A DNA stretch of 64,000 nucleotides, counting the filler, from Candidatus Babelota bacterium (GTDB lineage Bacteria > JAGOBX01): the NCBI GenBank assembly GCA_017999075.1. It is 13 parts of 13 records of this genome, joined end to end, with 100 filler letters (N's around TTAATTAATTAA, not from the genome) between each part and the next. Parts side by side here need not be neighbours in the genome. Positions count along the whole stretch, not along the records: positions 19,448 to 21,992 come from JAGOBX010000589.1; positions 22,093 to 33,414 come from JAGOBX010000068.1; 11 more parts are not named here. One strand, 5' to 3'. A model generated the notes under the pieces. That model saw nothing but the letters and a program-made list of their open reading frames with translations. It ran no database searches and was not told the origin of the DNA. A program made the translations under genes and the position numbers. Positions 20,576 to 29,613 of the stretch are shown here, piece after piece (position 1 is the stretch's first letter; each line of letters opens with the position of its first letter).

Positions 20576-21829
20576 ATGAGCGAAAATTTACTTAAACATA
20601 GGATTTTATCAGGATTGCTGCCTGATAAGAAGTCCGCGAAAATTGTTATGGTTACAGGCGCGCGGCAGACAGGAAAAACAACGCTTTGCAGGGATACATA
20701 TTCGGAACTCAAGTATGTTAACCTTGACGCTTTTGAAAACCGAGAATTCATAAACTCGGTTAGTTCATTCAATTGGAAGCGTGATATAGGGAATGCGGTA
20801 ATTGACGAAGCGCAGAAAGCGCCAGGTATATTTGACAAACTTAAATTCGCATTTGACGAAAAAAAAATATCATTTACGGTTCTGCTCGGATCAAGTCAGA
20901 TTTTAATGCTGAAAAATATTCGTGAATCGCTTGCTGGCAGGGTCAGCATATTTGAATTATTTCCGCTGATGATGACCGAACTCAATAATAGCCGCAAGAA
21001 TCATAAACCATTGATTTATTCGATTCTTTCTGCAAAAGATATTAAAACAGTATTGGAAAAAGAACTATCAGCGTTAATGCCTGAAAAAGACGCGGAATAT
21101 ATTGAGGGGGAAAAATATTTATTGAAATGGGGCGGTATGCCCGCGCTTCTGCATCTTTCAGAAGGCGAACGTTGGAAATGGCTCAAGGATTATGAATACA
21201 CATATCTTGAACGGGATTTAGTTGATCTTGTCAGATTGAATGATCTTGAACCGTTTGCGAAATTCAAGAAACTGACTGCTTTGCGTTCAGGTAAACTGCT
21301 GAACTATTCTGATCTTAGCCGCGATGCAGGAATAAGCGTTGATACTGCTCGTAGGTATCTTGAATATCTGAAAATATCGTATCAGACATTATTGCTTCAG
21401 CCTTATCATACGAATGTTACAAGTTCGGTGGTTAAAACGCCGAAGGTTTATTGGCTTGATGTCGGACTTCTACGAAGTATAAGCGGACAGCGCGAAGAAA
21501 CAACTGGCGATATTTTTGAATCAATGGTTATTTCAGAATTATACAAATATATCAGGACAATGCAGTTGAATACAGAATTATATTTTTATCGGACACGCTC
21601 AGGACTTGAGATTGACGCTATAGCTGAATCAGAAAAAGGAATTATCGGTTTTGAAGTTAAGTCAAGACAGTCCGTAACAAAATCTGACGCTACTAAACTT
21701 ATTGAATTTGCAGAAGCATTGAAACAAAAAAAATGGAGCGGCGGAATAATTGTATATGCAGGCACCCTTATCAAAAAAATCGCCGAACCGAATATCTGGG
21801 CTGTGCCGTCGAGGAGAATGTTCGGGTGA
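20576..21829 (+). CDS. AAA_14 ATPase with DUF4143 domain
   Basis: GARQTGKTT, IDEAQK, ESLAGR, GGMP, YLERD, KTPKVYWLDVGL, YRT..GLEID...FEVK. Confidence 0.9.
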   Translation: MSENLLKHRILSGLLPDKKSAKIVMVTGARQTGKTTLCRDTYSELKYVNLDAFENREFINSVSSFNWKRDIGNAVIDEAQKAPGIFDKLKFAFDEKKISFTVLLGSSQILMLKNIRESLAGRVSIFELFPLMMTELNNSRKNHKPLIYSILSAKDIKTVLEKELSALMPEKDAEYIEGEKYLLKWGGMPALLHLSEGERWKWLKDYEYTYLERDLVDLVRLNDLEPFAKFKKLTALRSGKLLNYSDLSRDAGISVDTARRYLEYLKISYQTLLLQPYHTNVTSSVVKTPKVYWLDVGLLRSISGQREETTGDIFESMVISELYKYIRTMQLNTELYFYRTRSGLEIDAIAESEKGIIGFEVKSRQSVTKSDATKLIEFAEALKQKKWSGGIIVYAGTLIKKIAEPNIWAVPSRRMFG

Positions 21830-21868
21830 TGGAATTGTGTCGCCCGTTCCGCGCGCTCTAAGAAATGC

Positions 21869-21992
21869 TGTTTTTTTTAATGTAAAATTACCCATTATTT
21901 TCAATTGAAAATTACCCATTTATTGTAATGATGTGTTTTTAAACATACAAAACCTTTTTATCTGATACAGGTAACAAAAGCACAAAAAACAG
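21869..21992. mobile_element. probable IS21-family terminus at the contig end
   Basis: TG start followed by direct repeats AAAATTACCCATT at 21884-21896 and 21908-21920, the tandem binding-site layout typical of IS21 ends. Confidence 0.6.
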
Positions 21993-22092
21993 NNNNNNNN
22001 NNNNNNNNNNNNNNNNNNNNNNNNNNNNNNNNNNNNTTAATTAATTAANNNNNNNNNNNNNNNNNNNNNNNNNNNNNNNNNNNNNNNNNNNN

Positions 22093-23020
22093 AGGGCATA
22101 TAGGTACCGGCTGGGGAACAAACAATATTGCTGCAATAAGAATAGTTGCAGCGGAAGATTTTTCCTTGACTAACCAAGGTTCGAAAATAGATTTTGCTAC
22201 TACAAACATTGGTGCTACTTCAAGAACTGTAAGGATGACAATTGCTAATGATGGAAATGTCGGTATCGGGACGACGAGTCCGACGCGGGCAAAACTCGTG
22301 GTAAGCGGTTCAGTCAGCTATGATAATGGAAGTTTTGGTTATCTTGCATCAAATGCAACAACCGGAACATCCAGCGGCTCAGTCAATACTTCTATATATG
22401 CAGACGGCAGAATAGTATGCTATGAATTCAATGCCAATTCAGATGCACGCATTAAAAACATTATAGAAGTATCAGACAGCAGAAAAGATTTGGAATTATT
22501 GAACCAAATTAAAGTAACTGATTATACATATATTGACACTATTGCGCAGGGCAGTCAAATATCCAAAAAAGTTATTGCTCAGGAATTACAGAATGTTTTG
22601 CCGGCTGCTGTCAAAAAAAGTTTGGAATTTGTGCCTGACATTTTTGTCCTTGCTAAGTCAGTTATGTTTGAAAAAAAATCAAAAATGCTTACAATAACGC
22701 TTGATAAACAGCATAATCTTAAAATTGGTGATAAAGTTCGTATGATTTTACGCGATAAAAAAGTTGAAAAAATCGTTGCCGAAATTATTAATAATTATGT
22801 TTTTTCAGTTTCGGATTGGAGTGATGAAACACAAAAAATATTTGTCTATGGCAAGGAAGTAGATGATTTCTTGACTGTCGATTACGATGCGGTAACTATG
22901 CTAAGCGTCAGCGCGATACAGGAGCTGATTAAACAGAATGTTATTCAGAAAAACGAAACTGAAACGCTGAAAAATCTTATCAGCGAATTAAAACAAAGAA
23001 TAGAAAAATTGGAAAAGTAA
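22093..23020 (+). CDS. tail-fiber-like protein with peptidase S74 intramolecular chaperone domain, 5' truncated
   Basis: GNVGIGTTSP motif, NSDARIKNI cleavage motif, VIAQEL, VDYDAV, C-terminal coiled coil. Confidence 0.85.
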
Positions 23021-23028
23021 AAAAATAG

Positions 23029-23109
23029 ATATAAAGTGCCGATAATATATAAAGTGCCGTATAGTCAAAAGTCAGTAGATATAAAGTGCCGTATAGTCAA
23101 AAGTCAGTA
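23029..23109 (+). repeat. short direct-repeat cluster
   Basis: ATATAAAGTGCCG at 23029, 23047 and 23079. A 31-nt unit is duplicated at 23047-23077 and 23079-23109. Confidence 0.9.
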
Positions 23110-23284
23110 TGTGAAAAGTAAGTATATGAAAAAACTATAAAGCATATTCCATCGGTTAGTAGGTCATTAACCTATTTTTGAATTTCTTTGATTATAAGCT
23201 TTATTTCATTTTATGAAGTTTCTGTATCATCTTTTATATGTATCAGCAATCCAGCGTTTTATTTAAAACATCTGTATCAAATAA

Positions 23285-23576
23285 CCAGAAATCACGCTAT
23301 TCTTATGACTATGTTTTGCTAAGTCCTATTTTGATATCGAATATTTTAAATATTTCTTTCTGGTTTTTGGTAAATTCAGATACAATTTTTTGTCCGTCAG
23401 GCAATTCCAATAATTTGATTTTTTTTAATTAATATATTAATTCATTCATTGAATATTTTTATAAATATTATTCTTATGCATTACAGAATCAATAGCTGCG
23501 TAAATTATTAATGAAACAAAAAAATAAATAACCTGCCTTCAAAATTATTTTTCGAATGAACTCGCAAGCGATTGCC
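23285..23576 (-). mobile_element. IS1634-family transposase C-terminal remnant and right end
   Basis: Broken minus-strand frames read GNRLRVHSKNNFEGRLFIF / VSLIIYAAIDSVMHKNNIYK / YSMNELIY*LKKIKLLELPDGQKIVSEFTKNQKEIFKIFDI; stop at 23309. Confidence 0.65.
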
Positions 23577-23966
23577 TATTGCTCGCATTCAATCACTTTA
23601 GCTGAAAATTTTAGGTTTTTTCGCATTTTCTACGTTCGTCATAATATATAATTCATCAAGATTTATTTCATTATTAACTATAGAATTTTTGGCTTGATAT
23701 AATATAGTGTTGTTGTATTTAAACAATTTTTTTTCCAAACAACCTGACGCGGTTAGCGACCGAAGGATTTTAAAGAAAATAGTCTTGAATTTCGAGTAGT
23801 GTTTTTATAAAAATTGAACTTTTTTTAATAATATGATACTATTATTATTATCTAATAATTTACAAATGTTCCTTAAGGACAAAGATTCAAATGCGTAAGT
23901 TTTTTAATCAAACAGGGATTTAATTCATATTTTATCAAATTTTTATCATTTCAGAGGTCAAATTTT

Positions 23967-25739
23967 ATGTTAAAAAAAATTAGTAAAATAATTTTTATTT
24001 TGATTATTGTTTTTAAATTTTACGGTTGCGGGTCAAGTGATGTATCGGTAACTCAGACCAACTATGAGCAGTTGAAAACCGAGATGCGCTCTTTTATTAA
24101 TCTGCAATTAGCTGCGAATGATATTGGCGGTATAACGCTCGCGTTTGTTGATGAGCAGAATACAGTATGGCTCGAAGGTTTTGGTTACGCTGACATAATA
24201 AACACTGCGCCTGTAACGCCGGAAACAGTTTTTTCTATTGGTTCAGTTTCTAAAACAATGGCAGCGATTTTAATTATGACGCTTGTCGAACAAGGCAAAA
24301 TTGACTTGGATAAACCGCTCACAACATATTTGCCTGAATTTTCAATCAATCAGCGTTTTCCGAATTCTGTAATTACTATTCGTTCAATTTTAGCGCATCA
24401 TTCGGGATTGCCAGGCGATATATTGACAGGCGCTTTTACAAAAACATTAGATAGAAACTGGTCGTCATGGCTGCTTGATTATTTGAAAGACGAATATACG
24501 CTTCAGCCGGTTGGCGGCGTATGGGGTTATAATAATTCAGGTTATGTTATATTGGAAAAAGTTATTGAACGCGTTTCAGGGATGACGCTTGAAGATTATT
24601 CCAAACAATATTTATTTAATAAAGCAGGGATGACAAGCGCATCCTGGTTTTTTGACACTTCAATACAAACTAATGTTGCATATCCTTATTATGCTGGTAC
24701 ACAGTATGAACGAGAAATGACAAATGCATCTACTGCCGGTTCTGTTTCGATGAACGCGCTTGATATGGCGAAATATTTAAAATTGCAATTAGCGCAGGGC
24801 GAAGGAGTTAACGGAACTGTAATTTCAAAAAATACTTTTAATGAAATGCTTCAGCAGCAATACGCCGATAATCCTTTGGATTTGCAATTACGAATGGGAC
24901 TCGGTTGGCTTTTAAATCAAAGCTCGTTGGATTATGCAGGAAGCCTTATGTGGCATAACGGCGCGACTATTGTATATAACAGCGACTGTATAATATTACG
25001 TGAACACGGATTAGCTGTGTTTATAGCTTCAAATTCACCGGATGGAAGTTCAGTAATTGAAGAAATAGCTGTTCAAATTTTGAAAAAAGCGTTGGAAATT
25101 AAAAAAGGAATTACTGTTCCTCCTCCGCAAAATCCTGTATTATCGCAATCATTTTATCGGACACATAATGATTTGGCGCAGTATAATGGAATATATGCGG
25201 GCGGACAGCTTGGATACGATACTATTACCGCAAAAGATAATTATCTTGAATGGACGCGTAATCTTGCGGATACCGCTGCTTCTAGCGTACTAATATTAAC
25301 GCCGTTGATGAACGGCAGATTTACGCTCAATGATTCGCAGACAAAACAGATTGAATTTGCAAATATTGCAGGCAGAAATGTTATGGTTTATTATAATTGG
25401 GGAATTACTAATACTTTTGAAAAATATATCTTGGCGGAAAAGTTTAATCCGCCAATTATAAGCGCCGCTTGGAATAACCGGCTCGGAAATTATACTTTGG
25501 TAAATGCATCAAACGATGACTTTATAAATATATTTGAACTGCCGTCATTTGAATTGAAAAAACAGAATGATTTATTAATTATGGGCGAATATGTTTTGGA
25601 TATTAATTCTGACACTCTTGCTTTCACTTCAGGATTGTATCTTGGACTTTCGCGTAACCGCGGCGCGGCAATAAGAATTGAAACTGATATCAGCTGCGAA
25701 ACGCTATGGTTTATGGGTGCGCCGTTCAGGAAACAATAA
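23967..25739 (+). CDS. serine hydrolase of the beta-lactamase class C/PBP family, probable lipoprotein
   Basis: SxxK (GSVSK), LAHHSG, YNNSGY, HNG triad; lipobox-like FYGC. Confidence 0.88.
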   Translation: MLKKISKIIFILIIVFKFYGCGSSDVSVTQTNYEQLKTEMRSFINLQLAANDIGGITLAFVDEQNTVWLEGFGYADIINTAPVTPETVFSIGSVSKTMAAILIMTLVEQGKIDLDKPLTTYLPEFSINQRFPNSVITIRSILAHHSGLPGDILTGAFTKTLDRNWSSWLLDYLKDEYTLQPVGGVWGYNNSGYVILEKVIERVSGMTLEDYSKQYLFNKAGMTSASWFFDTSIQTNVAYPYYAGTQYEREMTNASTAGSVSMNALDMAKYLKLQLAQGEGVNGTVISKNTFNEMLQQQYADNPLDLQLRMGLGWLLNQSSLDYAGSLMWHNGATIVYNSDCIILREHGLAVFIASNSPDGSSVIEEIAVQILKKALEIKKGITVPPPQNPVLSQSFYRTHNDLAQYNGIYAGGQLGYDTITAKDNYLEWTRNLADTAASSVLILTPLMNGRFTLNDSQTKQIEFANIAGRNVMVYYNWGITNTFEKYILAEKFNPPIISAAWNNRLGNYTLVNASNDDFINIFELPSFELKKQNDLLIMGEYVLDINSDTLAFTSGLYLGLSRNRGAAIRIETDISCETLWFMGAPFRKQ

Positions 25740-25762
25740 AAAATAAATTTGTAAATTTTATT

Positions 25763-27847
25763 TCAACCAAACAACTGCAGCGCTGAATTATTATTGTTTG
25801 AATATAAAAGTTCGAGCAATTCACTTTTTTTAATTGATTTACTGAAAGAATATATCTGTAATATTTTTTTTAATTTATCAAACATTCGCGGATTTATGTA
25901 TAAAGCCAATAATTTTTCTTTTTCAATCTCTTCAAGATTTATTTCATATTCGCAAAGCAAGGAATTTATCACGGATAAAATTTCAGGAATGTAATTCATA
26001 TTAAGAATGAAATCCGGATTAAAATATTCATAAATATTCTTATCAAATTTTGACGGAACAAACAACATTCTTATAATCCCGTAGAATTTAGTTGAATCAA
26101 TAAGATATTTCAATCTATTTTTTTTATCAGTTTGTCCTCCATTAGCATTTTCTTCCTCCTCTTCAAACACAAGAATTGGACGAATATCTGCGATGTCTTC
26201 AACATCATCGATTTGGAATAAATTCAACTTAAATCTATTTTTATTATCGCCTGCATAGCAGTTTTCATTCTGATAATTTTCTTTGAACAAAATATATGCG
26301 CGGTCTATGCGTGAAGCTATATATTCAGCCGCTTTTAGTTTTGAACTGTAATCGTCTGCTGAAATAATAACATTTATTGAAGGCAAATATCTATTTCCAG
26401 AAGGATTCAGAGTATAAAGAGTTTTTCCTATTTTAATAATCTTTTCGATTATTTTTATTGTTTCATTGCCGAATATGTTAAAATCTTCTTTATTTAATGC
26501 TGATGGTGTTACAAGTTTCAGAGCAAAAGAGCTTTCAATATACCTGCAATAATATTCACTTGCAATTTTATCAAGTTCAACTTCATTTAAGGAACCGCTG
26601 ATTTTTGCGTTAATATATTTTAAAACTGCATTTTTAATGAAACCGCCTGACATATTATACAGCTCGCTTAAGCAATTTATTGTTTCCTCTGCTACGGATT
26701 TTATTTCTGTCTTCTCAAAAAAATTATGCCAAAGTTTTTTTCGTAACTGCAAATTTGGAGTTTTTATCTTATATTTAAAAAGAATGCGTCTATCAAGCGC
26801 AGGTGAAAGCGTTTCAATTCTATTTGTAGCAAATATTACAATCACATTACTCTGCTCCAATTGAATTAAAAGTTCTCTGCTTTCGGGAGAATCGTGCACA
26901 AACAATTCAGAGCATTCATCGAAAAACAGAATTCCTTTGTGTAATGAGGCTTCAAGAAATACCTTTGCCAGTTTACTGCAAATTCCGCTGCTCCTGCGCC
27001 TGCGTAACGGACTTTCCTGCTTATCTGAATCATCCTTATATGTTATCAGCTTTTTATTCAGATATCCGGCAATTGCATGCGCGAGCATTGTCTTACCTGT
27101 GCCTGAAGGGCCATAAAACATAAACGAATAACTTGCTCCGTATTCAAAAATTCCTTTCTGCCTGTATTCATCAATTTTCCTCAGATATGTCTCATAGTTA
27201 TTCAAAGAATTTATAATTTCTTTTTTATATGATTCTTCAAGTATAACTGAATCAAAGGATACTTTGCTTTCTTCAATTTTAATAAAATCGCTTGAAGCGT
27301 AGGTATTATTATCACCAAGTATAAAATCAATATAACGCTGATTGATATTTATTTCCCAAGTCACTATGCTTTCATCCTCATACGAATCAAAGCTTAAAAT
27401 TCTCCTACTTACTAAAACTGAGCCTGTTGAAAAAAGTTTTCGATTTATAATTCGTTCTGAATAATTATCAAACATCAGATTAAGAATCATTCCTACTGTT
27501 AAATTATTTTTATAAATATAATTAAGCGGCGGATTGTTTTTAACGCTATACTGATAGATGCTGGTGTCAGTTTTCAAAATAAATATAAGTATGAATATTC
27601 TTTTTTCATCATCTGATAAATTCAAGTCATTGAAAGTATATTGTATAGGCTGATAATTATGATTGAAAATCATTTTTTCAATAGATTTTATTTCGTTATT
27701 GCATTTAATTATTTTTTCTTTATTTGTTTTTTCATTTTTTAAAAAATCAAGTCTGTCAATATATGAGCGAACCAGGATAGACATATTATTAAACAAATCC
27801 ATCGGCATAATACTGCCGTTTACTGCTTTGAAGTTTTTATTCTGCAT
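25763..27847 (-). CDS. AAA+ ATPase with long N-terminal domain and degenerate C-terminal region
   Basis: Walker A GPSGTGKT, Walker B LFFDEC, sensor FATN, Arg finger LDRR, SGGFIKNA. Confidence 0.85.
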   Translation of the reverse strand: MQNKNFKAVNGSIMPMDLFNNMSILVRSYIDRLDFLKNEKTNKEKIIKCNNEIKSIEKMIFNHNYQPIQYTFNDLNLSDDEKRIFILIFILKTDTSIYQYSVKNNPPLNYIYKNNLTVGMILNLMFDNYSERIINRKLFSTGSVLVSRRILSFDSYEDESIVTWEININQRYIDFILGDNNTYASSDFIKIEESKVSFDSVILEESYKKEIINSLNNYETYLRKIDEYRQKGIFEYGASYSFMFYGPSGTGKTMLAHAIAGYLNKKLITYKDDSDKQESPLRRRRSSGICSKLAKVFLEASLHKGILFFDECSELFVHDSPESRELLIQLEQSNVIVIFATNRIETLSPALDRRILFKYKIKTPNLQLRKKLWHNFFEKTEIKSVAEETINCLSELYNMSGGFIKNAVLKYINAKISGSLNEVELDKIASEYYCRYIESSFALKLVTPSALNKEDFNIFGNETIKIIEKIIKIGKTLYTLNPSGNRYLPSINVIISADDYSSKLKAAEYIASRIDRAYILFKENYQNENCYAGDNKNRFKLNLFQIDDVEDIADIRPILVFEEEEENANGGQTDKKNRLKYLIDSTKFYGIIRMLFVPSKFDKNIYEYFNPDFILNMNYIPEILSVINSLLCEYEINLEEIEKEKLLALYINPRMFDKLKKILQIYSFSKSIKKSELLELLYSNNNNSALQLFG

Positions 27848-27862
27848 AATATAGCCTCTCTA

Positions 27863-28423
27863 TTATAAATTTATTTTTCGAATATCTTTCTGAATTGTAT
27901 CGACAATCCCGTATTCAATACATTCCTGAGGAGAAAGCCAGGTATCCACATCCCGCAAAAGAGTAGTATTCAACTCTTGTTCAGTATTTATTTTTGTATG
28001 CTTCAAATAATGATCACATATTCTTTTATGCATAAGATCTTGTTCTTTGCGTGCTGCTATTAAACTTGAATGATTGCCCATTGCTCCGCCAAAGTATCTA
28101 TGTGACAATACAGAAGTGCGGGGAGTAATAACTCTTTTTCCTTTTTCTCCGGACATAAAAATAAGTAATCCCATTGATGCAATTATGCCGATACCTGTTG
28201 TATAAACAGGAATACGCGACCACTCGATTATATCAATAATCGCAAAACCATCAGAACAATAACCGCCGCAGGAGTTTATTATTAGTTGGATTGAAGGAAT
28301 ATCATTTTCAATATTCAGTCTTATAATTTCTTTGCATACCCATTCGGCTGCAATAGTTCCGTTTAAAAAAATCAAACCGTCAATATCCCTTTTTTTTCCA
28401 TCATTTGAATTTTTTGAACTCAT
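27863..28423 (-). CDS. ClpP-family protease
   Basis: INSCGG, GIIASMG (catalytic Ser), GKR..TP..SVLSHR (His), RDVDTWLSP.ECIEYGIVD (Asp). Confidence 0.9.
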   Translation of the reverse strand: MSSKNSNDGKKRDIDGLIFLNGTIAAEWVCKEIIRLNIENDIPSIQLIINSCGGYCSDGFAIIDIIEWSRIPVYTTGIGIIASMGLLIFMSGEKGKRVITPRTSVLSHRYFGGAMGNHSSLIAARKEQDLMHKRICDHYLKHTKINTEQELNTTLLRDVDTWLSPQECIEYGIVDTIQKDIRKINL

Positions 28424-28459
28424 TATTAAAACCTCTTTTTAGTTTATCATATAAAAAAA

Positions 28460-29551
28460 TTATTTTTCATAAATGCGCAGATTCAAGTCAAAAGCATAAA
28501 AATGACTTTCGCGCCACAAATAAATTATCTGTTCAATGAAAAAAATAAACTCCTCATCAAATATGTCTATAATGTCTTTTGTTATTGATTCTGCCTTGCC
28601 ATATTTTATTTTTCTAAATGTATCAAGCAATAAATTATAGTCAGTTATTTTCTCTGAAAGATATTTGTATATTCTTTCCTGTGAATAAAATTCAATCCCT
28701 AAAAAATCAGTGAAGTCAGTATTTTTAAGAGTGCTGTGTTTAAGACATGATAACTTAAGGTATTCTTCAAAGGAAATAAAATCATTTGAAATTACATACT
28801 GCATTATTTCAGATTTATGTTTTTTGCCGGTTGATTTTTTTATGATATCCCAGAAAAGATTTAATCTGAAATTCTGTGAAAATAAATTTTTAACTGATGA
28901 GGAATATTGATTTAATTCCTTAGGTTTTACTTTAACATTCTGCCAGATTTTTATAAATTCAATTGTATTATTAAGACTAATAATATTTTTTTCAAATTTT
29001 GTAATTTCAAATTCTGTAAAACTGATTAAATCTTGCAATTCTGCAATAGATAGACTTCCATCAATACTAATTTCAAAACAATTTTTTACATATTCTGGAA
29101 TAAACGGAATATCTGTTCCATTTATGCCAAGCGGGTTTCTGCATACAGGACAATTTTTATCCGGCAGATTATAAACAGGCAATTCAGAAAACTCAATATG
29201 TTTGCAAATATCGCAAATATAATGCGGCGGCAGTGGATTCAATTGAAACTTCATCAAAGTTGAAAGAATAAGTGATTCGCAGAAATGCATTGAAGTCATC
29301 AGTATTTTTTTTTCATTCGAAAGATTATTCAAAAAACATAATATTTCCTGATGATTTTCAAAATATTCAATTTCATTTTTTATTCGTTTGTTTACTAATT
29401 CATTGTTTCTAGGATATTTCTCGAAAAATTTCACTAAAATTTTATCAATAAATTTATTATTTTCAGATTTTGCGACAATAATACGTTTATTATCCGGCTT
29501 AGATAAATTTTCATCATTTTCTTTCACATCATTTTGTGTTACTTCTTGCAT
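28460..29551 (-). CDS. degenerate, truncated PolC (Pol III alpha)-like protein
   Basis: PolC Zn-finger signature NPLPPHYICDIC...LPDKNCPVC...GTDIPF. Downstream blocks LSCLKHST, KIKYGK and IIYLWRESHFYAF parallel PolC, but PDID is absent. Confidence 0.7.
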   Translation of the reverse strand: MQEVTQNDVKENDENLSKPDNKRIIVAKSENNKFIDKILVKFFEKYPRNNELVNKRIKNEIEYFENHQEILCFLNNLSNEKKILMTSMHFCESLILSTLMKFQLNPLPPHYICDICKHIEFSELPVYNLPDKNCPVCRNPLGINGTDIPFIPEYVKNCFEISIDGSLSIAELQDLISFTEFEITKFEKNIISLNNTIEFIKIWQNVKVKPKELNQYSSSVKNLFSQNFRLNLFWDIIKKSTGKKHKSEIMQYVISNDFISFEEYLKLSCLKHSTLKNTDFTDFLGIEFYSQERIYKYLSEKITDYNLLLDTFRKIKYGKAESITKDIIDIFDEEFIFFIEQIIYLWRESHFYAFDLNLRIYEK

Positions 29552-29613
29552 TTTAAAACCTCCAAAAACTTAAAAATTTTATTTAAAAAAATGAATTTCA
29601 ATATATAGATACA

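Noticed and set aside
22093-23020. Prophage or DGR target
   Set aside because: No other phage structural genes, reverse transcriptase or template repeat on the contig. S74 proteins are common in non-phage contexts.
23029-23109. Mini CRISPR array
   Set aside because: Irregular spacing, duplicated rather than unique spacers, and no cas genes.
23740-23900. Riboswitch upstream of the serine hydrolase
   Set aside because: Only small hairpins; I could not match a known aptamer consensus.
25763-27847. Contractile injection system inferred from the AAA ATPase
   Set aside because: No sheath, tube or baseplate genes.
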